A stretch of 63,756 nt of DNA, filler included, from Phoronis australis (GCA_002633005.1; 5 parts of 5 records of this genome joined end to end with filler, not necessarily neighbours in it), one strand, 5' to 3'. Shown: positions 51,536 through 63,645, numbered from the whole stretch's first letter. The notes: generated by a model from the letters alone, not told the origin. Numbers and translations: made by a program.

Positions 51536-51712
51536 CTTGATTACGGTCGATATATTCTGGAGTCCAATTATGTTCGACTCCGCCGAATAGATATAATAGT
51601 AATCATGCCCGTCTTCGAAAACGACGTATCCTGATGCCACAACTGCCCAGAAAACAATGACGGTTGATACCAAATTAATCCATTCAACAACCAAGAACTT
51701 TTTAAGAGTCAT
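51536..51712 (-). CDS. Secreted protein with vitellogenin/LLTP-like N-terminus, exon 1
   Basis: ATG, hydrophobic signal (INLVSTVIVFWAVVASG), then VFEDGHDYYYIYSAES..IG, resembling the F..G..Y.Y.Y start of LLTP beta-sheets. Strong AAG|GTAAGA donor, phase 0. Confidence 0.65.
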
Positions 51713-54700
51713 CCTTGTTACGTTACGACCATGTCTTCACGGATGCACCAGGACCTCTCAAACTGCGCCGGAAATGACTTAACTCTATATGACCCGTTTA
51801 ACAAGGAGTATCGTGACGACCTTAATATCGGCCACTGTTCTTTCACTCGACATGGACCAATTCCTCGATCAAACGGCCTTTAAAATAATTCTCTACACGA
51901 GCAGCTTTTGTCTCTTCGTGACTTCTATAGTTAGTGTTGAAAGTTGTTGCCTGCGATATTGACGGTGTAAATGAGAATGACGACTGAATTAGAATATATC
52001 GTGTAAACAAACCCTGGGACGGCTCTACCTCACTTCAGGCCATTGTTGTTCCGAATAGGCCTTCACCGATAGATGAGGTCAAACGTTAAATCAATGGAAA
52101 TTACTGTGCCGTTCAGAAAAACCCAAGTGAATTCAGTCAGACGTTTTTGTGTTACTTAAATCGGGCTGCAGTCTTTTCGCAGGACGAAGCCGGTTTAATG
52201 ATTCAACTTGAAGCAGACGGAAAAAGGTACTTCATGGCCGGTGGAGGGAATAGTACTGAGGACTTCGTTACAAAAGTACTACATGCGCGCAAACGCGCAA
52301 TTCACAGTGGAGTTGTTTTTTTAGTCCGCCCGCCATTTTGTTACCAAAAGGTCCACAACGTCAAGAATTCGATCCCCCATATTGAAGGCTGGGTGCGCGC
52401 ATTACATGTATGTACTTACAATCAAAAGACCTCCGAAAGAATGAGTTTCTAGGGGCTTTTTAGTCCAGAATCTTCAGTTGGCTCACACTAGCCATTCCAG
52501 CTGTCTGTATGAAGACCGTAATAAACAGTTTTGTACCAAGGCTACTGCGGATTCATACGAGTTGCGGAACAAATTAAAAAAGAAACAGTTTAATTCACTG
52601 ATGCCTGTTAGCCCTATTCAATGGACAAAATTGGTTCTCAAAATGCGAGAACGTGACTATCACGGGATAAAATGCTAGCGAAACACTAGCATATTATCAT
52701 GCTAGACTGTCCTCGTAGTTAAATTTCGCCAGTGCAGTTAGTTTCCTCTTCATCTGAGTCGCTGTTTAAGCGAACTTTAATTATTGTAAAACATGTCGTT
52801 TCTCTGCCAGAAATTAATTGACGTGACAATGCCTTATTGTCAATGCCGGGATTTTCCGTAGAAGCCCATGAGCGTGTACTCGAAAAATGAAAATTTGCAG
52901 GCGTTTTAGTAACACCAAATAAACGCCCGGAAATGGAGGGCGCGTAAACGGAAAGTCAAAATTTTGCTTGCTTTCACATTTTTTAATTAAAACTTAAATT
53001 TAATCTTAATAAATGCATAATTCGCCAACAACTTTTATGTGTAAATGCTCCATAAACTGAATTCAATTGTGACAAAAAATTGACTTGGAGTGGGCGTTTA
53101 GGAGGAAATTTTACAAAAAAACAACACGCAATCTGGACACTTGACACCAGAAGTTGTAACACCAAATAAAGGCCAATGGGCGTTTATTCGGCCATAATTT
53201 TCCGAATATATGGCGTTCCACCGGGTAGGCTCGTCTACGGAAAACCCCGTTACTGAGCAGTTCGTAAATCATAGGGCGAGGCCACCGGTCATGCAGAGCA
53301 TTATAGGTAATAATTTGAAGTTCACTGTGCAAATAGCGTGTATGGTAGACGACGTGCAATTGATTAAGCTAAATTTAATGGTTGTTGAAGTGCCTAAAAC
53401 ATTAGTTCAAGGTCAAGGGATGCCAATGAACGCACACAAAAATCAAAATTTACCTGAAGATTAGCCGAGAGTGCGAAATGAAATTCCGATACTATATGGC
53501 ACGCCGAAACGTCCTGGTCGTCGTACAATCACCCAAAGATCACTTGCACCGCCATCCGGCGGCGGAACAACGGACGCGCAAACCTCCCAGTCGGTCCTCC
53601 GCCAACCGTAGTCAGAAAACAGGACTGCATCGTCACCATGGGGTCCCCGTCTGCCGCTGGTGCGGAGGCGATTCGGCGGATATAGCCTTACATGCTTGCA
53701 GACAAGGACACCACTAGTCAAGATTGCGACACTTCGCCATCCGAGTCACGACCGCTCCCTCAGACCTGCGCGTGTCGGCCAATGAGGACGGGGTCGCCGT
53801 CGGTGGGACACCGAGGCATGTCCATGGAGACCAGTGGCCGGTTGCATGCAACACCCCCAATAGAGACTCAACTAAAGTCCCTAAGTCTGCGCGTATTTGT
53901 GTTTTTATTGACTCACTTATGAGCTCGTCTTTGATGAATGACATTAAATTTTTCTAATAATATAACTAAAAACTGAGCCCAGAGGTCATTGAAAACAAAA
54001 AGGGAATCAGTTCTTAAATTGGGAGTATTGCATGAAAAGATCCCAATTTATTTTAGATAATATTGACAATTCAACGTTGAGGTAACTCCCAATTTGTATC
54101 AAAGTCAAAAGTTGACTTAGTAATGAAACTAAAACAATACAAGAAGGATAATGGATGTTTTCACAAGTTCAAAAATAAGCAGTAGATTTAGGGAACTTAG
54201 TTGTGTGTCACTAGTCAGAGTGTCACATTTGGTCATAAGTAATTTATGCAAGTCTCCTCTCTCCTGGATCCTGACTCGTCGACTGTTTCATTTTTTCTTT
54301 CCACGTTCACATGATGTCAAGTGTTGTAGTTTGCAACAATCATCTATTAATTTCAGACTAATTGCATAAGAACAACTCAGAACTATTCTGAAACTACTAG
54401 GGTTCGCTGTAATCAAAGCATCCTGGAGTTAGACATTGTAAGCAAGCAAACTTTAAAAACCAGGTTCGTTGAAATGACTACTAGTTGCAAAAGCATCTCA
54501 CATTTCAAAATTGGGAACTCAGGGTACTTCAAAGATTTTAAGCCAATTTTGACGGTTTCTTGTGCATTACTTGGGTTGGATTGTTATCCAGGCAATAGCC
54601 ACTCACTGGCAATCCAGATTTTGAAGACAATTTTTAACGCCTGCTATTCAGTGAAAAACAGGTTCCTGTTATGCAGTAGAAAACACTGGTCCTCAAATGA

Positions 54701-55340
54701 GGGTCCCCTGTATGTTACTATTACCATTATGCTTCGCTCAGTGTTTTGAGCAAACATGATGCTAGTGTTTCATTCTTGTGGTTATGACCTACATAATACA
54801 GCAGTGATTTTAGTCAACATTTCCGTCTTTTCGAACAGTTTTTGAAAATTACAAATTTGACTCTTACTGAGGGGGCCTCCTCGTGGCAAGAGTTGGGCAG
54901 AGTGAAATGCTTCTGAACATTCGCAATGAGAAACACCCTCACGTTGACATCATTAATGTGTTCCTAGATATAGTATACTCATAAGCTACAAAACACACAA
55001 CATGCCTAGACATTTATCTAACCACTGGGAACTTTATTTTGCTGATGTATAGAATTGAAATATGGTAAAAAGTATTAGCAGGATGAAAATGTTAAGCAAA
55101 CACAAAATCAAACAGTTCCTACCATTACATATGAGGAGAAAGGAATTATAATTCTGAATTATCTAATTAAATTTGCCCCTTGTGTCAGACTTCGGAGCTA
55201 AAGAAGAACTCAACTGTATCCATTGTTAAAATTCAGATAGGTACGTCCGTACCCTCCTTCACTAGGAATAAGTTTACACAGCTAACACAGCAGCTCCGCC
55301 CCCTTGCCTAATGTCAACTAACAAATGAAAGCGCTCCGAG

Positions 55341-55670
55341 GAGCGAACCTTGGCGAAATTAACCAAAAAGATGACGATAAAGATGATGACGAAGATGACG
55401 AATATGACGACGATGGTGGCGAGGTTGAACAAAAGAAGTAATAATAAAATACACATTACGAACGTAGAAGTCCGAAATCAGTAAGAAAAAGGCTACAGTC
55501 TTGAGCGACACTTGGCGAAATTAAGGGAAAAGACATGACGACGGAGATGATGACGAAGATGATGACGATGATGACGAATATGATGATGGTGGTGGCGATG
55601 ATAAACAACATCTCAACATTCATATGATGAACTTAGATGTCATAAATCAATAAGAAATGGGCTACAGTCT
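55341..55670 (+). repeat. Two ~162-bp tandem units rich in GAT/GAC triplets (Asp-coding-like)
   Basis: GAGCGA..CTTGGCGAAATTAA...(GAT/GAC)n...GGCTACAGTCT starts at 55341 and again at 55503. Confidence 0.8.
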
Positions 55671-56321
55671 AGTTCATAGAAGGTAAACCAACATCAATGC
55701 AGCCAGAGCGCTCAACAAAGGAACAGCGTTATCAGAAAATCTCAAATAACTCAAAAAGTAGACGTCNNNNNNNNNNNNNNNNNNNNNNNNNNNNNNNNNN
55801 NNNNNNNNNNNNNNNNNNNNNNNNNNNNNNNNNNNNNNNNNNNNNNNNNNNNNNNNNNNNNNNNNNNNNNNNNNNNNNNNNNNNNNNNNNNNNNNNNNNN
55901 NNNNNNNNNNNNNNNNNNNNNNNNNNNNNNNNNNNNNNNNNNNNNNNNNNNNNNNNNNNNNNNNNNNNNNNNNNNNNNNNNNNNNNNNNNNNNNNNNNNN
56001 NNNNNNNNNNNNNNNNNNNNNNNNNNNNNNNNNNNNNNNNNNNNNNNNNNNNNNNNNNNNNNNNNNNNNNNNNNNNNNNNNNNNNNNNNNNNNNNNNNNN
56101 NNNNNNNNNNNNNNNNNNNNNNNNNNNNNNNNNNNNNNNNNNNNNNNNNNNNNNNNNNNNNNNNNNNNNNNNNNNNNNNNNNNNNNNNNNNNNNNNNNNN
56201 NNNNNNNNNNNNNNNNNNNNNNNNNNNNNNNNNNNNNNNNNNNNNNNNNNNNNNNNNNNNNNNNNNNNNNNNNNNNNNNNNNNNNNNNNNNNNNNNNNNN
56301 NNNNNNNNNNNNNNNNNNNNN

Positions 56322-56362
<41 letters not shown>

Positions 56363-59360
56363 AAACTTAGTGGAAGAGCAACATACTTGGCGAAATTTAT
56401 TTCGCCAAGTAACAATAAAATTTACCCGGCAACGTATTGTATGTCGGGTAAAATGGCCGCTGGGAAACGAAGGTGTGTCCAGAATGCTGCGTTCTGATTG
56501 GTAAGTTAAGCCGTCACTCAAAATCTTGGCGACAGGTCAATTCTCCAGTGTGTGTTTACATGAAAATCACAGAAAAATCAGGCGCAATAACATAGCTTGC
56601 TTGATCATTTGGCAAATTCTTCAAACATGAGATTTCTCTAACAGAGTTCCAATTGTAAAACTAATAAGTCCAATTTCAGGAAACACAAGTTAAACCTGGG
56701 AGACAGCTACTATTTTTTGATGTTGCTTGATTTCCTACAAAACGCGGATATCCACTAAGGTCAAATTTCCTGTTTGTCTACATGGGACAGAGTGGCAGGT
56801 CAACCAATGGAACCTAGCAAAACGAGCAGTTCAGAAGTACAATGAGCATATAACGATTCTTAACCAAACCATATTGTCATCTAATTATAGTTTTCAGAGG
56901 TGTAAGTTGATCTGCCAACTTAAGTAATAGATGAACAAAGTTACAATGCAACAAGGAGAAAAAATTGGGGCAGACCTGGGGCCAAATTTTGACACTTAAG
57001 TTCAATTATTCCAGATCCCCAATAATTTGTACATCACCTGACCAACGGTACAAACATCAATATTTGTAGTATTACAATATACTACCAGGTGGCAGGAACT
57101 TATTTTTCCTGCTACTTTGCTCACTTCTGTTTATGTGAATAACCTTACATACGCTTGTTAGAAATATACTTCCACTGAAAATGATACAATTTACATCAAC
57201 TTTGAACATTTTGTCATTTCTCACCAAATTGCCAGGTCGAAGTGCTTACAGTGGCAGATTAAGAGGGGACCAAGGCCCCCCTAAAACTCTCCCAGATTCC
57301 ATTTGGCAGTTTGGGGGTGCGAATGTCTGACAGGCAAATTCATGGCTAATACTGTCCTGTCCCCCCCAACTCAAAATCCTGGATCCACCCCTGGCTTACA
57401 CCTTTATAATATAAGGAGTGGAACATTCTGTCTGACACTCATTTCTCATGAGACGGTGATGACTTGCGCTTAACTGCAAAGCATAATGTTAAAGCTGCAT
57501 ATTCGAGCTGTTAAGCTGGCTGAAAACAGTCCTTTTGCTGATCGGTCATGAAATGGGTCACCTAATATTCCATATCAGCATAGGATTCTGTTTCCATTAC
57601 CACCAAAAATATCGGAGCCATCAGGCAATCAAGAAAATGCCTCAGAATTTAATGGGGTCGGCGTACCCTAAAATTGCTGACTTGAAAAGGGCACGTTGTA
57701 TTTGAAGGCTGACAACATGAACTTGCAGGGACAATTCATACAACCTTCCCTGTTGTACACAAGGATGACATCGAACAGGTATGCGTGAAACAATAATGCA
57801 TACCGTACATTTATTTCCCCTCTTAAAAGGCAAAACAGTAAATGGAATGACTACAAAGTTATCTTAGTGACTAACATAGTCATTAAACCTAGAAGGGCAG
57901 TTCCAAACACACTGTGATCTAGCTGCATGTTGTGGATTACATAGTACGCCATCAATACTAAGAGGTTGGGCTGGAAAACATCACACAATCCAAACAGTAG
58001 CGACATCAAGTTTGTACATATAGCAACCAACTTGATGAGTGATCTGATGAGGTTCAGAGATCAAAGAGTTTGGTTTAGCCCTGTGGGCTAGACCACAGTG
58101 TTAGGATCTGCCCTTCTTGGTTTAATGACTGTGCTTAATTGATAGTTAATAGGATAACTGTGTTAGTCATTTTGTTTACTGTTTTGCATTTTAAGAGGTA
58201 AACAAATGTATAGTATGTATTATTGTTTCACTCACACCTGTAAGGTGTCCACGAACACTCTCCAGATTCACGAATGCCTTCTTGTTCCCTCATGCTAAAC
58301 GGAGAGGCAGGGGCTACTGATCTGGATAATGCAGAGTTCCATGAGATGTCATCTGTGTCTTCCTCCCCATCCCATCCTTGTCACCAAATGTGTTTGAAGT
58401 CTGACAAGACAAAGGTGCAGAGACAATTCGTACAGCTGTGTATATCGCCATTTTTATTCAAACCTTCTGCGTTGTGTACAAGAACGACACCTGATTGGTG
58501 CGTATGAAACAATAACGCATACAGTACACACATTAACAGTTGGCTGCTGACTTCAGCTGTTTACTCATTCAGCAATAAATCGTGGTAATGCTTTAAAACC
58601 CCAAAGTGTTTTGGTAAAGAATTCAACATTGACAGCTCAACAGGTGTGAAGTACAAGTTTAAGACTGTTTAAGACGCTTGGTATCTGGTTCACACTGTCT
58701 CATTGATGGGTCATACTGTGCCCGTGATAGTCTCAAGAACTCACAGCAATTACCAGCCAGCAGCTTGTCCTACAATTAAATTAACAATAACTTTACACCT
58801 GTTAGTGAATATCAAAAATAAAAACCTTGTGGCTCATCAGTTCATAGCACCAATTGAATCCATAAACATGTGACGGGTTGTTAACTGGTTCATGGTCCAG
58901 GATGAACAGCAGAAGAGACCATAGTGTTCAAACAAATTTGACAGACCACACAAACGAAGCGATTTAGATCCACAACTTCTGCAAAATTTTTGGTACATTC
59001 TAAGAGGGCAAAATATGTATTAATCCTACAAACCCACCTATAATCCCAGAAATCAGTTTTTGATTCAGAGCGCTGCACTCTCAGTAGGGAAAGTTATTAA
59101 TTATTAACAAACACAGACACCACTTCTCATCTGAATAAGCAACCACTTAAGAAAGATCAATTTCATAGCAACAAGTGGTACGCTCCCTAGTTAATTCGAA
59201 TGCAGGTTAACTATTCAGCGGCCTAGGCATCCTTATGCAACAGTGAAGAATGCAGAACTATTTTGTCTGGCTTGCACATACCAGTGCAAGAGGGATTGAG
59301 TTTTAAAATTCCTGCAACTATTACAATTCAAAATCTGGATAATTTATATCCTAACTATAC

Positions 59361-59459
59361 CTTGAGATTGCAGTCTATATCACTGAGAGATTCTATCAGT
59401 TTTCCTGGGTGGTGCTCACCCAGTGGAAAAGGGTAGTCACTTCCAAGCATCACTCGGTC
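59361..59459 (-). CDS. ACMSD: 2-amino-3-carboxymuconate-6-semialdehyde decarboxylase, single internal exon
   Basis: ttacag|DRVMLGSDYPFPLGEHHPGKLIESLSDIDCNLK|gtatag, 99 nt, phase 0-0. Matches the ACMSD signature V.LG(T/S)DYPFPLGE..PGKLIES. Confidence 0.9.
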
Positions 59460-59654
59460 CTGTAAAGTAGATATACAGTGCTCTTGTTTATATGACTGAA
59501 TGAAGGGAAAATTTGACCTCCCGCCAGACACAAATGCCCATTTGTGAAGAATAGCCCCAAATAGGTATTCTACTAAGTTCCTTAGATCTTCTGCTTGTTT
59601 GTGTCTTTGTGTGCTCACATATATGTTGTTCTACCATTTTACCCTAAAACATTT

Positions 59655-60290
59655 AACAAGAGCAATGTAGAACAATGAAATGCACCCACGAAAGCACATT
59701 AAATGGTGTGCTTCTCGGGGTGCTTATTTGGAACATAAAAATGGCCACTAGATACCGCAAAATACGTTGAATTCATCCCAAAACTGGCGTGCGTTCAGTA
59801 ACGCTAGGCCCTAGCTAAAATCTATTAAGTCGTTAAAATACACGGCAATATCTCACGAAACCTCGCGAAATCTTGCTTCTTAGCGAGGTCTCAGCGTTAC
59901 TGAATGAGAGGCTGGTATCTGTCATCATAGCTTTTTACCAAATTTCAGAAAAATTTGTCAAAAAATTCTGAGAAAAACGAAAAAAGAAATTGCCACTAGG
60001 AGGTTATAGGTGCAAAGAAACAACACCCACTAATGGTTTGATTGACAGAAAGGCAGACGCCAAATAAGAAGACTCGAAAACAGTAAAAATGGCCACTAGG
60101 TGGCACAAAATACCACGAATCAAACCAAAAACCAGAGGATAGCGTCAACTCACTAATAGATGCCTACCTGCCAAATTTTTAGAAAATTCGTTGAGGACGT
60201 TTGAGGATACACAGGTAAAATTAAAAAACCACTAGGGGGCACACCGGTAATCCGATCCATCCAAAAGTCACCATCGTTTGTTGTCAAGTT
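59655..60290 (+). mobile_element. Possible Helentron-associated (HINE/DINE-like) element with internal repeats
   Basis: Starts AACAAGAGC, followed by a hairpin (GCACCC.CGAAAGCAC...GTGCTTCTCGGGGTGC), then four AAA.T.GCCACTAG-type repeat units. Confidence 0.45.
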
Positions 60291-60344
60291 CATATAAAGA
60301 AGAGTGGAGATGGCCTGATGCCTTTTGCTGTACCTCAGGTATGT

Positions 60345-60900
60345 TTAGGCCACAAGGCCGGGCCCATTACACTAATCACCTGATTGTGACTCATAGGGAC
60401 ACGACATCATCTTCCAATCTGCCTGTTTCAGAATGACAGAAAGACTATTAAACCAGTATGAACTAACAATGTTAACCAGGTGAGTCATGTGTCCATCAAG
60501 TAGTAGATAACAGTGTCTATTGTAGGCAGGGCAAATTTCCACCAGGCGTTGAGGAGTCTCAGCCTCCAAGCCGCACTTGCAGTGTCCAGTAATAACCTGG
60601 TTCAGCTGCCTTATAGTAAGCCTATCTAAACATAACAGGTTCTTTGTAATTAAAAGTTTCGGTATTCGGTCCTGTTTTTTTTCTGTGCCCAATCTTTCCA
60701 GTTATTAGTTATGAGCCCCTATGGTCCTCCTGTATTTCTTATAATTTGGAAAGGTGAAGACATACAATAATATGTCCTTTATCGGATGCCTAATTTCTTT
60801 TATTTTTGTTTTGTTTATCTTTCCTTTTTTCCAGGTCTTCATATTTTTTGAATATTTTGCTTCTAGCCTTTGTAGTGCAAGTACCATTTTATCATTTGCT
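60345..60900 (-). mobile_element. LINE 3' remnant (R1/LOA/I-like zinc knuckle)
   Basis: L.R..IRQL.QVITGHC...C....ET...LVEICPAY motif in the 60372-60692 frame. Confidence 0.6.
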
Positions 60901-61351
60901 GTTAGATTAGCGTTGTTTCATTGCATGGGTCACAATTCGCTTTACGAGTTGTCTCTGATGAATAAAGTACAATCGGTAACATACATACGGGCAACTAAAT
61001 GGTGTCTTATACCCGTTGAACACTTAGTGTCGATATGTTTCACTGAATGTTTCATCAGAAAAATGAATTATTTATATTGGTTTAGGGTTCTTGTGGTTTC
61101 NNNNNNNNNNNNNNNNNNNNNNNNNNNNNNNNNNNNNNNNNNNNTTAATTAATTAANNNNNNNNNNNNNNNNNNNNNNNNNNNNNNNNNNNNNNNNNNNN
61201 TAGGCAATTGCCCGTTAGCGAGTAGCTAACAGAGGCTCATATGATTCACCGGAAGCACATCTACAACAACCCCCCCTTCCCTACGGAATGGGCACGCCAA
61301 GGTAGTCTCTCATACAGGTCCTTGACTCCTGGAACCTTCCATGCGCGCGGT

Positions 61352-61829
61352 CAGGCCTTTATGCAGCGTACGTCCTGGGCGTTTATTTGGACGCCCTAGC
61401 ACTAATCTGGAGGCCCTGGCAAGGAGGCCCAATGTATCATTTGGACGCCCAATGTATCATTTGGACGCCCACTGTCAATAGGAACCTTTCAAGTTTGGAC
61501 ACACACTGATCACTAGGAAGCCTATAAAGACTCATAGTGGTGGCTCTTTCTTCAAAGCAGGAAGAAATACACAATGCATATACAAAGTATATGCATTGTT
61601 GCTATTTTGACACTTGATTGACAGCATTGTAAAAGTCTTGGTCTACAGTTTTTTTTTAGTAAAAATGCTTACCATACAAGGCTGTTTTATAAACTTAGGT
61701 GTAAAAACCTTGATCTATGCATTTTTTGTAAAAAAAATCAGTGTTTGNCGCGTCGGAATCATGGACGCCCTGGAATATTGGGAACCCCATTTTGGACACC
61801 CTATTTTCAAAATCCTGGATAAAGGCCTG
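61352..61829. mobile_element. hAT-type MITE with 8-bp TSD
   Basis: TIR CAGGCCTTTATGCAG...CTGGATAAAGGCCTG. Flanks CGCGCGGT and CGCGCCGT match at 7 of 8 positions. Internal GGACGCCC repeats. Confidence 0.75.
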
Positions 61830-61992
61830 CGCGCCGTCCCAAGGTCCGTAAGTACTAGTTGGGAGTGCTTCATCGGTAGATCATCCGTTTGCCAACTACG
61901 CCATTAGTAGTAATAGCCGAGATTACCTGACCCGGGGATCGAACCAGCGACCCCCATAAAACGGGCAAGTGCTTACCATTCAGCTAATAGAC
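61830..61992 (-). mobile_element. tRNA-derived SINE head
   Basis: A box TAGCTGAATGG and B box GGTTCGATCCC on the - strand. The body is interrupted by the hAT MITE. Confidence 0.6.
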
Positions 61993-62445
61993 AATTGCCC
62001 GTTAGGGAGTAGCAGCAGCTCATATGATTCACCGGAAGCACATCTACAACAGAGGTTTCACAGCAAGTTGACGAGCAGAACTACCATGGCTGTGTGCAAT
62101 TTCAGGGTCTATGGAACAGGGCTTGGAATGACCAATGACAAAAAACGCAGAAACTTTTACGGCCGATTAACCAGCCTTTGAAATGGTCAATGTGAACCTT
62201 TCCGCGACAACAATCTTGAGGACTAAATTTGCCGAAAAGCTTCCGGCGTACAGAGCGCCTATAGCCTCTACATCGCCTCTGCTTCGGGCCAACAGAGCCA
62301 GAGGCGATGGTCATTGCCTACTAGGTGGCTGGCTGCAGCCGAAGCGGCGAAGGCCATCGTAAGCAGACCAGATGAGAATGGCTACACCCGGGAGTTTTTG
62401 TTTACTTGGAAATAAAAGAGAACTAACGAAAAAAGATATACGCAC

Positions 62446-62529
62446 ATCGATGTTGTCGCCAAGTGTTACAGAAAGAAGCCGGTAACTGCATAGAAGCAGG
62501 AGAAACGAGAACGCCGTGGAGGCCGCCAT
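62446..62529 (-). CDS. Signal-peptide first exon; candidate GPI-transamidase PIGK exon 1
   Basis: aatATGGCG start, MAASTAFSFLLLLCSYRLLSVTLGDNID, GAT|GTGCGT donor, phase 0. The PIGK identity is inferred from adjacency to AK5 and resemblance to the recalled ...AASHIE end of the human PIGK leader. Confidence 0.45.
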
Positions 62530-62859
62530 ATTGGAGCGATGATTGACAGCTCTTGAACATTCGTGGTACGCCCATTTCGGTACTTTTTTGACATTTTTTT
62601 ATTAGATGTCTCTAAAGAACACAATGCTATTGGAAAATATGAGTCATAAATGAAACTTCTTATTTTTGTCTGTTCGCCGAAATGAATAGATTTAGGAGTA
62701 GAAATTTTAACAGTTTTATTTTAAGCTATCCATTGTTAGGGGCTATGACCTTCGGCCATCTTTGTATTCCATGGAAACGGTGAACTGGGAACAAGTGGAT
62801 GGGTTGATGTTGAAGCTGCTAGAAAACGCGAAGTAAAGAACATCGTTCGAACCGTGGCC
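62530..62859. promoter_or_regulatory. Putative bidirectional promoter with an RFX X-box-like site
   Basis: 330 bp between divergent ATGs. GTATTCCATGGAAAC at 62764-62778. A YY1-like GCCGCCAT overlaps the - strand start codon. Confidence 0.5.
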
Positions 62860-62925
62860 ATGACCACAACATCGCAGGATGCCAAGTCCTACTTGGCGAA
62901 CAAAAACATCCCGGCTTTATTTGAG
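62860..62925 (+). CDS. AK5: Adenylate kinase 5-like, exon 1
   Basis: gccATG Kozak context, MTTTSQDAKSYLANKNIPALFE, GAG|GTAAGC donor. Matches the recalled AK5 N-terminal docking domain DAKEYL...IPQLFE. Confidence 0.85.
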
Positions 62926-63645
62926 GTAAGCATGTAACTTGTTGGTGGTCGTCGAACGACAAACGACGTGGCGTGTTCGACAGGTCTCTGTTCCCAAACA
63001 CACGCGGTCAACACCACAACACAAGCGCGACATGACCAACACGTTGTCAGAAACTGAAATTATTTCAAGAACGTAAATAAATATTCAAGATGCACAGCTA
63101 CTAACGTGCTATGGTTTCATAAATCTGTTGTATTTGATCTATATGCGATAGATTATACATTACTCAACACGCAGCAGGTGCTTAAATAAACAACTGGTGT
63201 TGAAATGAAAGATGGATGTTTATCGTGGAAACATGTTGTTTTGCAGTATGAAATCAATCAAATTTTTCACTGGACATGGTCAGCTAAATGCACACTAGGG
63301 TATGCTGGCTTGAGAAATAATTTAGGGATTGATTTTTTGACATAAGAGCCCATTTGCCCTTCAAGAATTTGAAACATTGGCATTGGCTTCGTGGCTTTGT
63401 TTTTTTGAAGTGAATGTAAGAATTTTCTTACCAATCTAAGGAAGTGAGGCTTAATAATTAGCAAATGGAAATTAAGAAACTTATGAATAAAGTAATCATT
63501 TTAATGACTATTCAAGATTCCTTGTTGGTATGTTCAACTTCCTACCGATTTCTGTTTGAATCTGGAAAGCATGCCCTAATAAATTCTCGAGTTAGAAATA
63601 ATATGATTGCGTTATTCTAACTTTGTGGATGTTTTTACCTTACAG

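Noticed and set aside
55697-56521. Long ORFs of 227-266 aa in the ORF track
   Set aside because: They consist of N-gap and poly-A translation.
57642-57833. Candidate last ACMSD exon
   Set aside because: The translation does not match the expected GNAL.FLGL terminus.
60695-60720. TNNW peptide as PIGK exon 2 (HTNNWAVL)
   Set aside because: The context reads ITNNWKDW inside a LINE remnant, with no further PIGK match.
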